Shown one piece after another: positions 18,156-28,276 of a stretch of 64,000 bases of DNA (its first letter is position 1; each line of letters begins with the position of its first letter). A program made the position numbers and the translations under genes. The notes under the pieces were generated by a model. It saw nothing but the letters and a program-made list of their open reading frames with translations, was not told the origin of the DNA and did no database searches. This stretch comes from Thermoproteota archaeon. Its GTDB lineage: Archaea > Asgardarchaeota > Njordarchaeia > Njordarchaeales > Panguiarchaeaceae. The stretch is taken from the NCBI GenBank assembly GCA_024720975.1, contig JANJXX010000001.1:319408-383407 (forward strand), read 5' to 3'.

Positions 18156-19607
18156 ATGAGCTTTAGTAGGGTGCCTGATATGACAAGCAAATACCACTTT
18201 GCCATGGCAGTGCTAATGGCGTTAATCATCTTAATTTCATCAACAATATTGCAAGTTGATGTAGTTACTAGAGATGCCAAGGCAATAAACATCTTGCGAA
18301 ACAAGCAAGGTTACAACCCCTTAATCGCAATATACACTGAAGGCAAGCCTGAACTTTCTATTACTGATTACTCAGACCTACTAGCTATAATTGATGGTCT
18401 TGGTTTGCGCTACAAAAACATCTCTAAACTATCATTCATTGAGCTAGCAAATACGACTTCGCTATTATTGCTGGGACAACGCGAATTCAGTGACGCCGAT
18501 ATAGACACGCTAACGAAATATGTCATGCTATCCGGGGGGTCAATCTTATACCTTGTACCAACTAATTTAACCGAGAGTTCTAAAAAGTTCCTAAAACTAT
18601 TTGGAATACAACCACTTGGCATCGCTTATGACAATGTTTCGCATTATGAGAATGATAGTAGGATAATAATTCTTAACAAAACTTGGCATACAGAATCTCA
18701 CTTGATGCGGGATCTAGAATCGATAATCGTCGCTAATGCATCTGCTTTAAATCTAACTAGTAGCCTTGACATTCTTACTAACTTCAATCTAACGAACACC
18801 TTAAATATTTCGGACAACAGAAGTGTGCCGCTAGTGTATTCATCTCCGTTAATTTGGGGTGGCAACAACACCACAGTCGAGTACAAAAAGGGCTATTATC
18901 TCTATGGACCTAACGTAACGCTTGGTGTTTCAATAAAACTCTGGTCTGGGAGCCGGGTACTTGTTATCTCATCTCCTCACACGTTCGCTAATAGATACAT
19001 AAGGCTGCCTCAATTTGATAATGAAAAGTTACTGAAGAATACTATTCGGTGGCTCATCAAAGACCTTGAGAGTATTAGAATAGCAACGGAAAGTCGTTCT
19101 CCAGAGGATGGTCTCGTATATTTAGCTAGTGGTGTTGGTCATATAAGCGCGACCTTTCGAGTCACTATAGGAGGTTTGGATTATCAAAGCAACTTGGAAG
19201 GTAGCAATAAAACTCTGATTTCAGAGCTTGGTCTAAATCTGTTAGCCGGTATAGAGTATTTAGGTATACTGACTAGGCTGTTTGATCCGAAAATAGTAAA
19301 CGAAACTTACAACACTACAACCAAAGAGGCGCAACTCGTTGTGGAGGCTGCAACGAACGTTTCATATGAAAGATCCGTAGTAGTATACCTGCGCTTAGTC
19401 GTATTTAATGACCAGTATGGTTTCTTTTGGAGTGAAAGGATAAGATTTGAAATTTTGATTCCAAGGGTATTACTCGGAAAGTTTCATCCCGTAGTTTTAA
19501 TAGCTGCGATTGCAATTGCATTTAATGTTGTTCTAGCAATTCTGTTGTATCCCCACGCAAAGAAATACAAGCAAAGTGTCAAAGAATTTGAAAAGAAAAT
19601 ACAATGA
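18156..19607 (+). CDS. Type I membrane glycoprotein with GATase-like/GIFT domain; Wbp1/OST48-like
   Basis: N-terminal hydrophobic segment, GGSILYL, SRVLVISS...FAN...NEKLLKNTIRWL, a beta-rich domain, C-terminal TM helix and basic tail. About 18 N-x-S/T sequons. Confidence 0.55.
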   Translation: MSFSRVPDMTSKYHFAMAVLMALIILISSTILQVDVVTRDAKAINILRNKQGYNPLIAIYTEGKPELSITDYSDLLAIIDGLGLRYKNISKLSFIELANTTSLLLLGQREFSDADIDTLTKYVMLSGGSILYLVPTNLTESSKKFLKLFGIQPLGIAYDNVSHYENDSRIIILNKTWHTESHLMRDLESIIVANASALNLTSSLDILTNFNLTNTLNISDNRSVPLVYSSPLIWGGNNTTVEYKKGYYLYGPNVTLGVSIKLWSGSRVLVISSPHTFANRYIRLPQFDNEKLLKNTIRWLIKDLESIRIATESRSPEDGLVYLASGVGHISATFRVTIGGLDYQSNLEGSNKTLISELGLNLLAGIEYLGILTRLFDPKIVNETYNTTTKEAQLVVEAATNVSYERSVVVYLRLVVFNDQYGFFWSERIRFEILIPRVLLGKFHPVVLIAAIAIAFNVVLAILLYPHAKKYKQSVKEFEKKIQ

Positions 19608-19624
19608 GAACATGAGACCTTTAT

Positions 19625-20659
19625 CTAACCTCTCTTACGAATCTGTTTTAGCGCCTCAGCTATACTAATCTCTTTTTTCCTCTTTGGCTGTAATTTTCTT
19701 TCGCGCTGAATTATCAGTAAGCCAAGGCCAATTATAACAACGCCTGTGCCTATAAGAGTTACTGAGACGAGTTCTAGCGAAATTGTACCAGGTTTTTCTT
19801 TAGCCGGTTTCAGTAGAGATAATACAACATCAACCCAGAATTTTTTATTGTCACCTAGATCAATCCAGGGCTTCTGATAAATCACATTTTCGATATCGCT
19901 AACACTAATGGCGAAGCCAAATAATGCAACATAACCCTGACCATATTTCCCAATATAGAATAAAACGCCACCGCTTTCAAAGTACAAAACAGTACTTCCA
20001 CTTAGACAATACACCCACTTTGGAGGAACTATAGCTGGAGTTTCATTTAGATCTTTAGTTTTTATGGTGAATATTGTTGTTTGGAGAATGAGATTATACT
20101 CCTTCTTTCGTAGGTAGTTAAACTTTAGAGCATTGGTAAAGTACTTCGAGGAATTCACTCGGAGAAAACTATCGTTGGAGAGAGGATCTATGCAACGCAA
20201 TCCTATACCCCCGGCTGTATAATTTAACTTGGGTCTCTCTTCTAACGGCAGACTTGATAAAAGGTCATCAAATATTATCGGGTCCATGTTGTATTCACGG
20301 TCTGGATCGTGATCCAGTGCTAGCAGTATCAGGATTCCACCTCGGTAAACGTACTTTCTAATGACTTCTAGCTCTTCGTCTGAGAATGTTTTATTAAAGG
20401 GCGGTATTATGAATGCAGCTACGCCAGAGAGCGTACTTTCACTCAATGTACTATTATTGTAGAATATTCTAGCGCGACTGTTTAAGCTCTCATTCAAAGC
20501 ATAGAAGGCTCTGGTAAAATTGAGTATCACCGGATTGTGGTTAATATCGACAACTATAGCAAAATCACTTGGCTCCTCAGATTGCGTACTAGTAACGAGT
20601 GCGCTAGCCGTTAAGATAACTAGGATTAAGATTGGATTTAGAGGCTTCATTTTAATCAC
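19625..20659 (-). CDS. Membrane-anchored GATase-like/GIFT (DUF4350-like) protein
   Basis: Signal peptide, VVDINH, FSDEELEVIRKYVYRGGILIL, GQGYVALFG, DNKKFW, C-terminal TM helix. Confidence 0.7.
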   Translation of the reverse strand: MIKMKPLNPILILVILTASALVTSTQSEEPSDFAIVVDINHNPVILNFTRAFYALNESLNSRARIFYNNSTLSESTLSGVAAFIIPPFNKTFSDEELEVIRKYVYRGGILILLALDHDPDREYNMDPIIFDDLLSSLPLEERPKLNYTAGGIGLRCIDPLSNDSFLRVNSSKYFTNALKFNYLRKKEYNLILQTTIFTIKTKDLNETPAIVPPKWVYCLSGSTVLYFESGGVLFYIGKYGQGYVALFGFAISVSDIENVIYQKPWIDLGDNKKFWVDVVLSLLKPAKEKPGTISLELVSVTLIGTGVVIIGLGLLIIQRERKLQPKRKKEISIAEALKQIRKRG

Positions 20660-20738
20660 AGCGTGATTCTTTCGGTAGTGTAGGAGCTCACATTCATTAT
20701 GAATTTACGAGAAAGCCAATTTTACTTTCATATGCCAG

Positions 20739-20975
20739 TTAATAATAATACTCCTCAATAACCTCTCCATCTATCTTTGCCTTACCACCTGTTGGCTGTA
20801 CTATTAACTTCCCACAGTTCGGACATGAAACTTTAGTCGAAGCGTGGGAAAATGTTACAATTGTGTAACCGCAGTTTTTACAACGGACTTTTAGAAAGGT
20901 GCTTCGCGGGAATCTAGCTATTTTTCTCTCCTCCTCAGTAAGCTCTTCGAGTATCTTCTGTATTTCGTGGGCCAT
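20739..20975 (-). CDS. rps27e: 30S ribosomal protein eS27
   Basis: PRSTFLKVRCKNC...FSHAST...CPNCG...PTGGKA. Shine-Dalgarno GAGGTGA at 20981-20987 favours ATG 20975. Confidence 0.95.
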   Translation of the reverse strand: MAHEIQKILEELTEEERKIARFPRSTFLKVRCKNCGYTIVTFSHASTKVSCPNCGKLIVQPTGGKAKIDGEVIEEYYY

Positions 20976-20981
20976 AATCAT

Positions 20982-21038
20982 CACCTCAGATATTTATTTT
21001 TTCGTCATTTTTCGGAGGATCACCTCTTCATCATGATG
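20982..21038 (-). ncRNA. C/D box sRNA
   Basis: Minus strand reads CATC-ATGATGA(C)-AGAGGTGATCCT-CCGA(D')-AAA-ATGACGA(C')-AAAAATAAATAT-CTGA(D)-GGTG. Both guides are 12 nt and there is a 4-bp terminal stem. Confidence 0.8.
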
Positions 21039-21110
21039 TTTTAGTCATTCTGCTATATGGAACCTTATCATGAGCTATAAGTTTACTTAATTATGTTGAA
21101 CTTATATAAA

Positions 21111-23243
21111 TCACTTCTGTCTCCGATTTTTCTTAGCGCAGTCTTGAGGTAGTCTCGGCTCAATAATCCCGGCTAGAACTCTTTTCAAATCATTACTCGC
21201 TCCTCTTAGTCTTAAGAAGAGCCCTAAGAATTCTTTTCGTGCTTTCTCAATGGCATCTAAATAATCAATTTCTCCGTTCATAATTTGTCTAAGAAGACTA
21301 AGCACATAAGCACAGAAATATGGCTGCAAGAATTCAGGCCAAATTTTTTCGAGAAGCTCAGCGATCCTATAACCAAGCTCCGTTACAATTAGTGTTCTAC
21401 CTCTCCGAATCACATAACCCCTAGCTACGAGTTTTTGAATATGCTCTGGCCTCGTAGCTTTCGTTCCCAGTCCTAGTTTTTCCATTAATTTAAGCAATTC
21501 AGCCTCTGATAGTCTCTTTGGAGGCTTTGTTGATTTCTGCTCCAAATTAACTCTACTAACTCTCAGAACTTCGCCTTTATTTATATCCGGGAAAGCCTGC
21601 CTAGGCTTATTAAACGCGTAAATCCGCCAGAAGCCTTCGTTCAGGATATAAACACCTGTTATATAGAACACCTCACCGCCTATACTAATTGCGACCTTTC
21701 TATATTCCAGCTCTGCTGCGTTCATAAAGAGGGCTAGATACCTCCTAACAATAAGCTCATAAACTTGTATATGCTTTTGAGATAACTTCATGTGAGGCGC
21801 TGGGACATCAATAGGTGTTATAGGTAAATGATCACCGATAAGCTTGCGCCCATTTCTCTTGAGTTCAGCACCCTGAGATAAAATCCACCTAACTACCGGT
21901 TCGAACTTAGAATAGCGTGCAAGCACGCTTAAATTCTCCGCATGATTATAGTTAGGTGGATACTTATCTGTATCTGTTCTAGGATATGTTATTAGTCCAT
22001 CTAAGTATAAATCCTCGAGAACTTTCATCGCCTTATCGGATGGTAGACCCAAAATTCTATTTAACATCACCAGTGCCTTATTCGTGTCTAATGGTGGCGG
22101 GGGTGTTATTCTCCTAGTTTGGCTCTCAATATTTATGACCTCAGCTTTTTCCGCCCTTTTGATTCTTTCGTAGACATCTAGAGCTTTAGTTTTGTCGTAA
22201 AATGGCGAGTCCTTATGGCGTGCTAGAAGTTTCTGTTCACCTTTTACGAGGTTAGCATTAATTGACCAATAGGGCTTTGGCTTGAAGTTTTTGATATAGC
22301 GCTCCCTTAAATACAGGAGATACAACGTTGGACTTTGGACCCTTCCCAGCGATAGTATGCTATTTCTGAGGAGCGCGGATGCAGGACCTTTAACGCCGCG
22401 TCCCAATAGTGTCAATTCACGTGTTGATGAAAATCCTGCGAAGCCATCGATTATCTTTCTGGCTTCTGGTGCGAGTGCCCAAGTGATAATCGGTTTCGTT
22501 GGATTGTTGAAAGATTTTATGAGCTCATCTGAATGCGTTGATATGAACCACATTCTATACACTGGCATTTTTTTAACTTTGTTTATCACTTCAGCAGCTT
22601 CAAATCCAATATTTTCACCCTCTTCGTCGGCATCTGTAGCTATTATAAGGACGTCATGCTTAGAGGCATATGCCCTTAGCAAATGCACTAGTTTTGGGTA
22701 TCGGGGCTTCAGAATTAATGCATTTGGATCCTTTATTATTTTTATCGGGTCTACTGAACTCCAAGACCTATATTCGTCTTTTGTATCATACTCGAGAATA
22801 TGACCCTTAAGAGGGACTACGGTCACAAAATGCGATTTATATTGCAAGGAGAATATGGGCACTCCATACTTGCGAAAGACCCTGAACTTACCATTTGCTA
22901 ATGCCTTTGAAAGTGCCTGAGCAACCTTTGGTTTTTCAGTGATAACGAGAATTTTTGTACCCGGCTTAAGTATCTTTTCCAATGAGTATCTCTGCATGCC
23001 CGGCGATTTTATCTCCGGCAGATTGATATTATCGAGGAAAATTTTAACTGCATCCATAAGGTCCAGTGTCTCTAGTTGCTTTGCCTCTATTCTATACGGA
23101 TCTCCAAACGCAGGCACATACACTTGACTGACACTATCCTTGTTATTCAATCCAGCTTCTGATTGAGAATTAGAGCTAACTTGAAGGCGGAGTTTGGATT
23201 CACTTGGACTTTCTACTTCCTCTTTCTTTGTAGTAGGCATCAT
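21111..23243 (-). CDS. topA: Type IA DNA topoisomerase
   Basis: TOPRIM motifs ITEKP, GHIL and ATDADEEGE, plus SLGRVQSPTL, catalytic ITYPRTD and GLGTKATR. Confidence 0.95.
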   Translation of the reverse strand: MMPTTKKEEVESPSESKLRLQVSSNSQSEAGLNNKDSVSQVYVPAFGDPYRIEAKQLETLDLMDAVKIFLDNINLPEIKSPGMQRYSLEKILKPGTKILVITEKPKVAQALSKALANGKFRVFRKYGVPIFSLQYKSHFVTVVPLKGHILEYDTKDEYRSWSSVDPIKIIKDPNALILKPRYPKLVHLLRAYASKHDVLIIATDADEEGENIGFEAAEVINKVKKMPVYRMWFISTHSDELIKSFNNPTKPIITWALAPEARKIIDGFAGFSSTRELTLLGRGVKGPASALLRNSILSLGRVQSPTLYLLYLRERYIKNFKPKPYWSINANLVKGEQKLLARHKDSPFYDKTKALDVYERIKRAEKAEVINIESQTRRITPPPPLDTNKALVMLNRILGLPSDKAMKVLEDLYLDGLITYPRTDTDKYPPNYNHAENLSVLARYSKFEPVVRWILSQGAELKRNGRKLIGDHLPITPIDVPAPHMKLSQKHIQVYELIVRRYLALFMNAAELEYRKVAISIGGEVFYITGVYILNEGFWRIYAFNKPRQAFPDINKGEVLRVSRVNLEQKSTKPPKRLSEAELLKLMEKLGLGTKATRPEHIQKLVARGYVIRRGRTLIVTELGYRIAELLEKIWPEFLQPYFCAYVLSLLRQIMNGEIDYLDAIEKARKEFLGLFLRLRGASNDLKRVLAGIIEPRLPQDCAKKNRRQK

Positions 23244-23334
23244 ACAACAGCTTCAAAAGCTTACCTGTTCCTCAATTTTTCCCAATAATTATGTGATTAA
23301 TTAAAGAGAGCGTAGATAGCATGGGGGAAACCAT

Positions 23335-24432
23335 TTGATTAAAGCTGACTTGGCTTTAATTTTTCCACCAAAGGAAAATTTTTGGCCTCTTGATAGTTAT
23401 AATATAAGTCTCATGCCATTCATTGGCAAGCCACTATTCATGAGAATCGCAGAACATGTTCTTAACTTCGTGCAGATACAAAAGCTCTTTCTTTTACACT
23501 ACGGAGACTTAAATAAAAAAGCTTTGAATGGTATCAACTTCTGCAAGGATTTGGAAATTTTACAATTAGGACTTGATACGAAGGCTACAGACCTTCTGGA
23601 ATATCTGAAAAGTCTTGTTGCTGAGAGATTGCTCCTCGCATTCCTTGCATGCGATCTAGGAATACTCACATTCCATGACTTCGATGAGTTGCTTCATGAA
23701 AGCTCAATTTATGTAGAAGAGGACACCGAAAAGATTTTGAACGCAAGAGCAGCGATAAGAGAAAATTCTAGGGTCAGCCCAAATATTGTATATGTTAATG
23801 CATCAAAGGAACGCGTTATTCTGTATCCCTGGGATTTTTTGCCGATAGTGCAATATGTATTAGACTCGCAGGTAACTGAACGATACATAAGCCCAGAAGC
23901 GAAAATCAGTGAGAGTGTTAACATTGTAGGCCCCTGTCACATAGACAGCGAAGCACAAATTCTCGAGGGAGCTGTTATAAAGGGTCCATGCTATATTGGC
24001 CGAGGAGTGCTTGTCGGTAATTACGCGCTGGTGAGAAATAGCATAATTGAGGCTAACTCCATAATCGGAGCATACATGGAGGTGGCACGTTCTTGGCTTG
24101 GAATGTTCTCAGAAACGCACTCAGGATACATTGGTGATAGCATATTCTCCGAGCGCGTTCATGTGGGAGCTGGATTCATAACAGCAAATGTTCGTTTAGA
24201 TCGCCAAGAAATTAGAGTGAAATTAGGTACGAGAAGACTGAATACAGGATTGAAAAAATTTGGAACGATCATTGGATGCAGCACAGAGATAGGCATACAT
24301 TCAGGCACAATGCCAGGCGTACTCATAGGTAAGAATGTTAGGATAGGTCCGGGAACATTAATATTTGATAACGTACCAGACGGAGCCGTTGTTTATACCA
24401 CACAGCAAATAAGGACTTTAAAGAATGACTAG
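23335..24432 (+). CDS. GlmU-like protein with degenerate nucleotidyltransferase domain and left-handed beta-helix
   Basis: YPWD, hexapeptide repeats, HSGYIGDS, GAGFITAN, KKFGTIIG. Confidence 0.8.
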   Translation: MIKADLALIFPPKENFWPLDSYNISLMPFIGKPLFMRIAEHVLNFVQIQKLFLLHYGDLNKKALNGINFCKDLEILQLGLDTKATDLLEYLKSLVAERLLLAFLACDLGILTFHDFDELLHESSIYVEEDTEKILNARAAIRENSRVSPNIVYVNASKERVILYPWDFLPIVQYVLDSQVTERYISPEAKISESVNIVGPCHIDSEAQILEGAVIKGPCYIGRGVLVGNYALVRNSIIEANSIIGAYMEVARSWLGMFSETHSGYIGDSIFSERVHVGAGFITANVRLDRQEIRVKLGTRRLNTGLKKFGTIIGCSTEIGIHSGTMPGVLIGKNVRIGPGTLIFDNVPDGAVVYTTQQIRTLKND

Positions 24433-24645
24433 AAATCCAATTGCTCATCTACTCACCGTGTGCACTTGGGATTACTAGACATATGTTCGCTCTGATTCCA
24501 TTGAAACAATCATTATTCACTACGGAGCTAGACCATCGAGATAATACTTATAAAAAGCTAGAATAACACGCGAGTATAACGTATTTATTAAAAATTACCT
24601 GGGTTTTACTTTTATATTACGAAAGACAAAGATTGGTGCCTTCGA

Positions 24646-24855
24646 ATGAAAGTAATCAGTATTAGATTGCCCGACTGGATGCTGGAGCTGATAGATCAGC
24701 TCTGTATGAAAGGAGTTTTTATTTCTAGATCGGAATTCATAAGATATGCCATTCGTTCTGCACTTAAGAAGTATGAAAAAGAGCTCCAAGGTGTTCAGCA
24801 ATCTGCAGAAGCGCGACTTAAAAGAATTGAATGGAAAATCGAGGAGGAGATCTAA
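24646..24855 (+). CDS. Ribbon-helix-helix (CopG/CdrS-like) regulator
   Basis: MKVISIRLP...IDQL...GVFISRSEFIRYAIR. Confidence 0.85.
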   Translation: MKVISIRLPDWMLELIDQLCMKGVFISRSEFIRYAIRSALKKYEKELQGVQQSAEARLKRIEWKIEEEI

Positions 24856-24877
24856 CTCTTTGCATTTTCCCTATTTT

Positions 24878-25612
24878 TTAGACTACAATCATTGAAGCAT
24901 ATTTTACTACGTGCTCTATATTGCCCCTAAGGAAAGCTAAAATTACGTTCTTAGCTATTTCTGGATTGTTGGCATTGAATACTAATACACTAAGTTTGGA
25001 GCGTTTTATCAATTTTAGCGACTGTATGTCAAATAGCGTATACGTACCAGCAAACTCACTACCCCTGAGAAAAGCATTGATTAATTCATCAACCATTATT
25101 AGATCGAATTTTTTTGCATCGGAATATATTTTTGGGTCCTTATCGAAAATTCCATTAACATCTGTACCTATTGCTAACACTCTTGCCCCCGATAGTTCAG
25201 CCACTTCTGCGGCCACTCCTACTGTTGACTGTCCCGGAATAAACCCACCTACGAAAATAACATCATAATCGTCTTTAATTTCGTAAACCTCAATTGGAGA
25301 TTTCGGTATTGATCCATATATCCTAATCTGCGTGTTGCTTACTCGATGCTTCAAAGCTGCGAGCAGAAGATAGGCATTAAGACGGGATACTTGGATTCCC
25401 AATTCATCGCACTCATATTCGTTTAAATGTAAATTTCGTCCCCACGATATGTACTTTCGGGCGGGTCTTCCACCACCAACTACTACTATAATCTTTGCAT
25501 GCTGAGTTAAATCAACGAGTACGCTTAGCCATTTGCTAACTATGTCTGAATTTAACTCTCCACCGGGTTCAAAGAGAACGGAACCACCAAGTTTCAACAC
25601 GATTGTCTCCAT
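24878..25612 (-). CDS. pyrH: UMP kinase
   Basis: VLKLGGS, VVGGGRPARKYI, PGQST, GIFDKDPK. Confidence 0.95.
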   Translation of the reverse strand: METIVLKLGGSVLFEPGGELNSDIVSKWLSVLVDLTQHAKIIVVVGGGRPARKYISWGRNLHLNEYECDELGIQVSRLNAYLLLAALKHRVSNTQIRIYGSIPKSPIEVYEIKDDYDVIFVGGFIPGQSTVGVAAEVAELSGARVLAIGTDVNGIFDKDPKIYSDAKKFDLIMVDELINAFLRGSEFAGTYTLFDIQSLKLIKRSKLSVLVFNANNPEIAKNVILAFLRGNIEHVVKYASMIVV

Positions 25613-25828
25613 AACGCATCTCCAAGTATGCTAGTAGTTCAAATAAATATCTAATGTCAGATTACTGCACTCTAGCATGCGTAGAATAATCAGCAATATT
25701 AAGGAATTTCAACGCCGAGAAATTTATATCGAAATAAGAGGAAGACTAAAATATGAATAATCGATGAGCTTTCGAAGGTTAGTCTATTTTGCATTGTAAA
25801 TGTAACAAAAACTTAGTTAAGGCTGTTT

Positions 25829-28276
25829 TTGTTTGCTTACTTGATAAAAGCGGCAATAAGGGTGTCTGATGTGACAACCAAGTATTCGATGAACCTAAAG
25901 GCTAAGAGATGGGACATTAAGAAAGAAATTGAATTAATAAAGCTATGGAACGAGAAGAATATATATAGATTCAACGTAGACTCAACAAAACCAATTTTCT
26001 CTATAGATACACCCCCACCATACGCTTCCGGACGTCCACATATAGGCTTTGCTTGGCATTATTCTGCGATAGATTCAATTGCAAGATACATGCGCATGAA
26101 AGGATACGAAGTTTTGTTTCCAATGGGTATTGACCGAAACGGCTTACCGATCGAAGTGCAAGTGGAAAAGAAGTACAATATACACATGTATGAATACCCC
26201 AGAGAGAAGTTTATTGAATTATGCAGGAATTTACTGGATGAATACGAGAAGGAGCTCCTAGACCTGTGCACCAGGCTAGGATTCTCTAACAACTCATTGA
26301 AACCCGATGAGGTATATAGAACTGACTCTCCCGAATATAGGGCTTTGACCCAAGCGACCTTTATAGAGGCCTTCAAAAAAGGACTCATCTACGAAGACTA
26401 CCGTCCAAATAACTACTGCCCGCGATGCAGAACAACAATAGCTGATGCAGAAGTAGAATACATAGAGGAGATCACAGACCTTGTCTATATACGCTTTCCA
26501 TTAGTTAACGGCGGAGTCATAACAGTCGCTACTACGAGGCCTGAAATGCTGGCTGCATGTCAAGCTATCCTTGTGCATCCAGACGATGCTAGATACAGAA
26601 ACCTGCAAAACAATGAGGCTATTGTTCCGATGTATGAAAGAAGAGTAAAAATACTACCACACCGCGAAGTTAATGTAAATTTCGGAACTGGCGCTATGAT
26701 GCTTTGTAGTTATGGGGACGAAACTGATGTTAGATTATTCCGCGAACTTCAATTGACTCCTATAATTATAATAAGCGAAAACGGGGTCATGACGGAAGCG
26801 GCAGGAAAATATGCAGGACTACATGTTAAGGATGCTAGAAGTAAAATAGTCGAAGATTTGACGAAAGCGGGTTATATAGAAAGAATAGAGAAAATCAAGC
26901 ACGAAATTCCAGTATGTTGGCGTTGTAAAACTCCGATAGAATTCATACCGATGAAAGAGTTTTATCTAAAGCAAGTCGAATTCCTAGATTCACTAAGAGA
27001 AATCATTGACCAAATAACCTTTTATCCTAAGGAGAGTAAACAATTGTTGTTAAATTGGATAAATTCCGTTAAGAGCGACTGGCCTATATCTAGACGCCGC
27101 TACTATGGTACCGAGATCCCAATTTGGTACTGCGAAAATGGACATATTGTTTTACCAGAACCCGGCAGGTATTATCGGCCATGGGCTGAAGCTCCACCTT
27201 TTAATGAGTGTCCATACTGCAAATCTAAAAAGTTTATTCCAGAGACGCGAACGTTTGATACATGGATGGATTCAAGTATTTCAGCCCTGTACATTAGTGG
27301 GTATAAGAGAGACGAAAAACTGTTTTCAAAAGCTTTTATAGTTGATTTGCGACCCCAGGGAAAAGAAATCGTTCGAACTTGGCTATTCTATACAATACTT
27401 CGAACGTATCAGCTCACTTCCAAGCCTGCATTTAAGTCTGTATGGATAAGCGGACTTGTGATGGACGAAAAAGGCAGGAAAATGTCAAAAAGTCTTGGCA
27501 ATATAATTTATCCAGGACCGCTGATAGAAAAATACGGTGCCGACGCTCTTCGATTTGCTGGAGCAGCAGAAGCGAAGCTGGGTTCGGATTTATTTGCCTC
27601 AGAATCCAAAATAGAAGCAGCTTCAAAGTTCATCCAGAAACTATACAGTATAGCTAGATTCATCTCTGCATTCCCAGAACCAAGCAGAAGCGAGATTGAA
27701 CTGCTAGCTCTAGATGAGTGGATCATCGCAGAAGCTAACGCGACGCTTGAAAAAGTGATAGAGTACTACGATAACTTTGACTTCTTCGCTGTAAATTTTG
27801 TTAGAAACTTCGCATGGTATACATTTGCTGACCATTACATAGAACTCGTCAAGAGTCGAGCATACGGAAATGTCGGCAATGATAAACAACAAAAGGCTGC
27901 CTGGTGGACACTTCATTATGTATTAAAGCTCGTTCTCAAAATGCTTGCACCAGTAACACCGTTTATTACTGATTATATTTACCATGCATTATACGGGAAA
28001 ACCATCCACTTAGAAGCTTTTCCAAAGGTCGACAAGTATAATCCTGAACTACTAAATTACACTGGGCTTATTAAGGAAACTAACGCACGCGTGTGGACAC
28101 TTAAAAAAGAGAGAAAGCTGCCACTTAATGCTCCATTAAAATCAGTTCTTATACCAATTGAACTTAAACCCTTTGAGCTAGATCTCAAATCAGCTTACGT
28201 TGCAGATAAAATAGAATACTTTGAGGCTGAAGGACAAATTGCAGATAAAGTCTCCAAAGTTTGCATCATCATCTAG
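25829..28276 (+). CDS. valS: Valyl-tRNA synthetase (archaeal type)
   Basis: IDTPPPY, HIG, ATTRPE, DWPISRRRYYG, KMSKS. True start is probably slightly downstream. Confidence 0.95.
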   Translation: MFAYLIKAAIRVSDVTTKYSMNLKAKRWDIKKEIELIKLWNEKNIYRFNVDSTKPIFSIDTPPPYASGRPHIGFAWHYSAIDSIARYMRMKGYEVLFPMGIDRNGLPIEVQVEKKYNIHMYEYPREKFIELCRNLLDEYEKELLDLCTRLGFSNNSLKPDEVYRTDSPEYRALTQATFIEAFKKGLIYEDYRPNNYCPRCRTTIADAEVEYIEEITDLVYIRFPLVNGGVITVATTRPEMLAACQAILVHPDDARYRNLQNNEAIVPMYERRVKILPHREVNVNFGTGAMMLCSYGDETDVRLFRELQLTPIIIISENGVMTEAAGKYAGLHVKDARSKIVEDLTKAGYIERIEKIKHEIPVCWRCKTPIEFIPMKEFYLKQVEFLDSLREIIDQITFYPKESKQLLLNWINSVKSDWPISRRRYYGTEIPIWYCENGHIVLPEPGRYYRPWAEAPPFNECPYCKSKKFIPETRTFDTWMDSSISALYISGYKRDEKLFSKAFIVDLRPQGKEIVRTWLFYTILRTYQLTSKPAFKSVWISGLVMDEKGRKMSKSLGNIIYPGPLIEKYGADALRFAGAAEAKLGSDLFASESKIEAASKFIQKLYSIARFISAFPEPSRSEIELLALDEWIIAEANATLEKVIEYYDNFDFFAVNFVRNFAWYTFADHYIELVKSRAYGNVGNDKQQKAAWWTLHYVLKLVLKMLAPVTPFITDYIYHALYGKTIHLEAFPKVDKYNPELLNYTGLIKETNARVWTLKKERKLPLNAPLKSVLIPIELKPFELDLKSAYVADKIEYFEAEGQIADKVSKVCIII

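Noticed and set aside
24485-24507. GTTCGCTCTGATTCCATTGAAAC resembles a CRISPR repeat (ATTGAAAC end)
   Set aside because: It is a single copy with no spacer periodicity, and there are no cas genes in the window.
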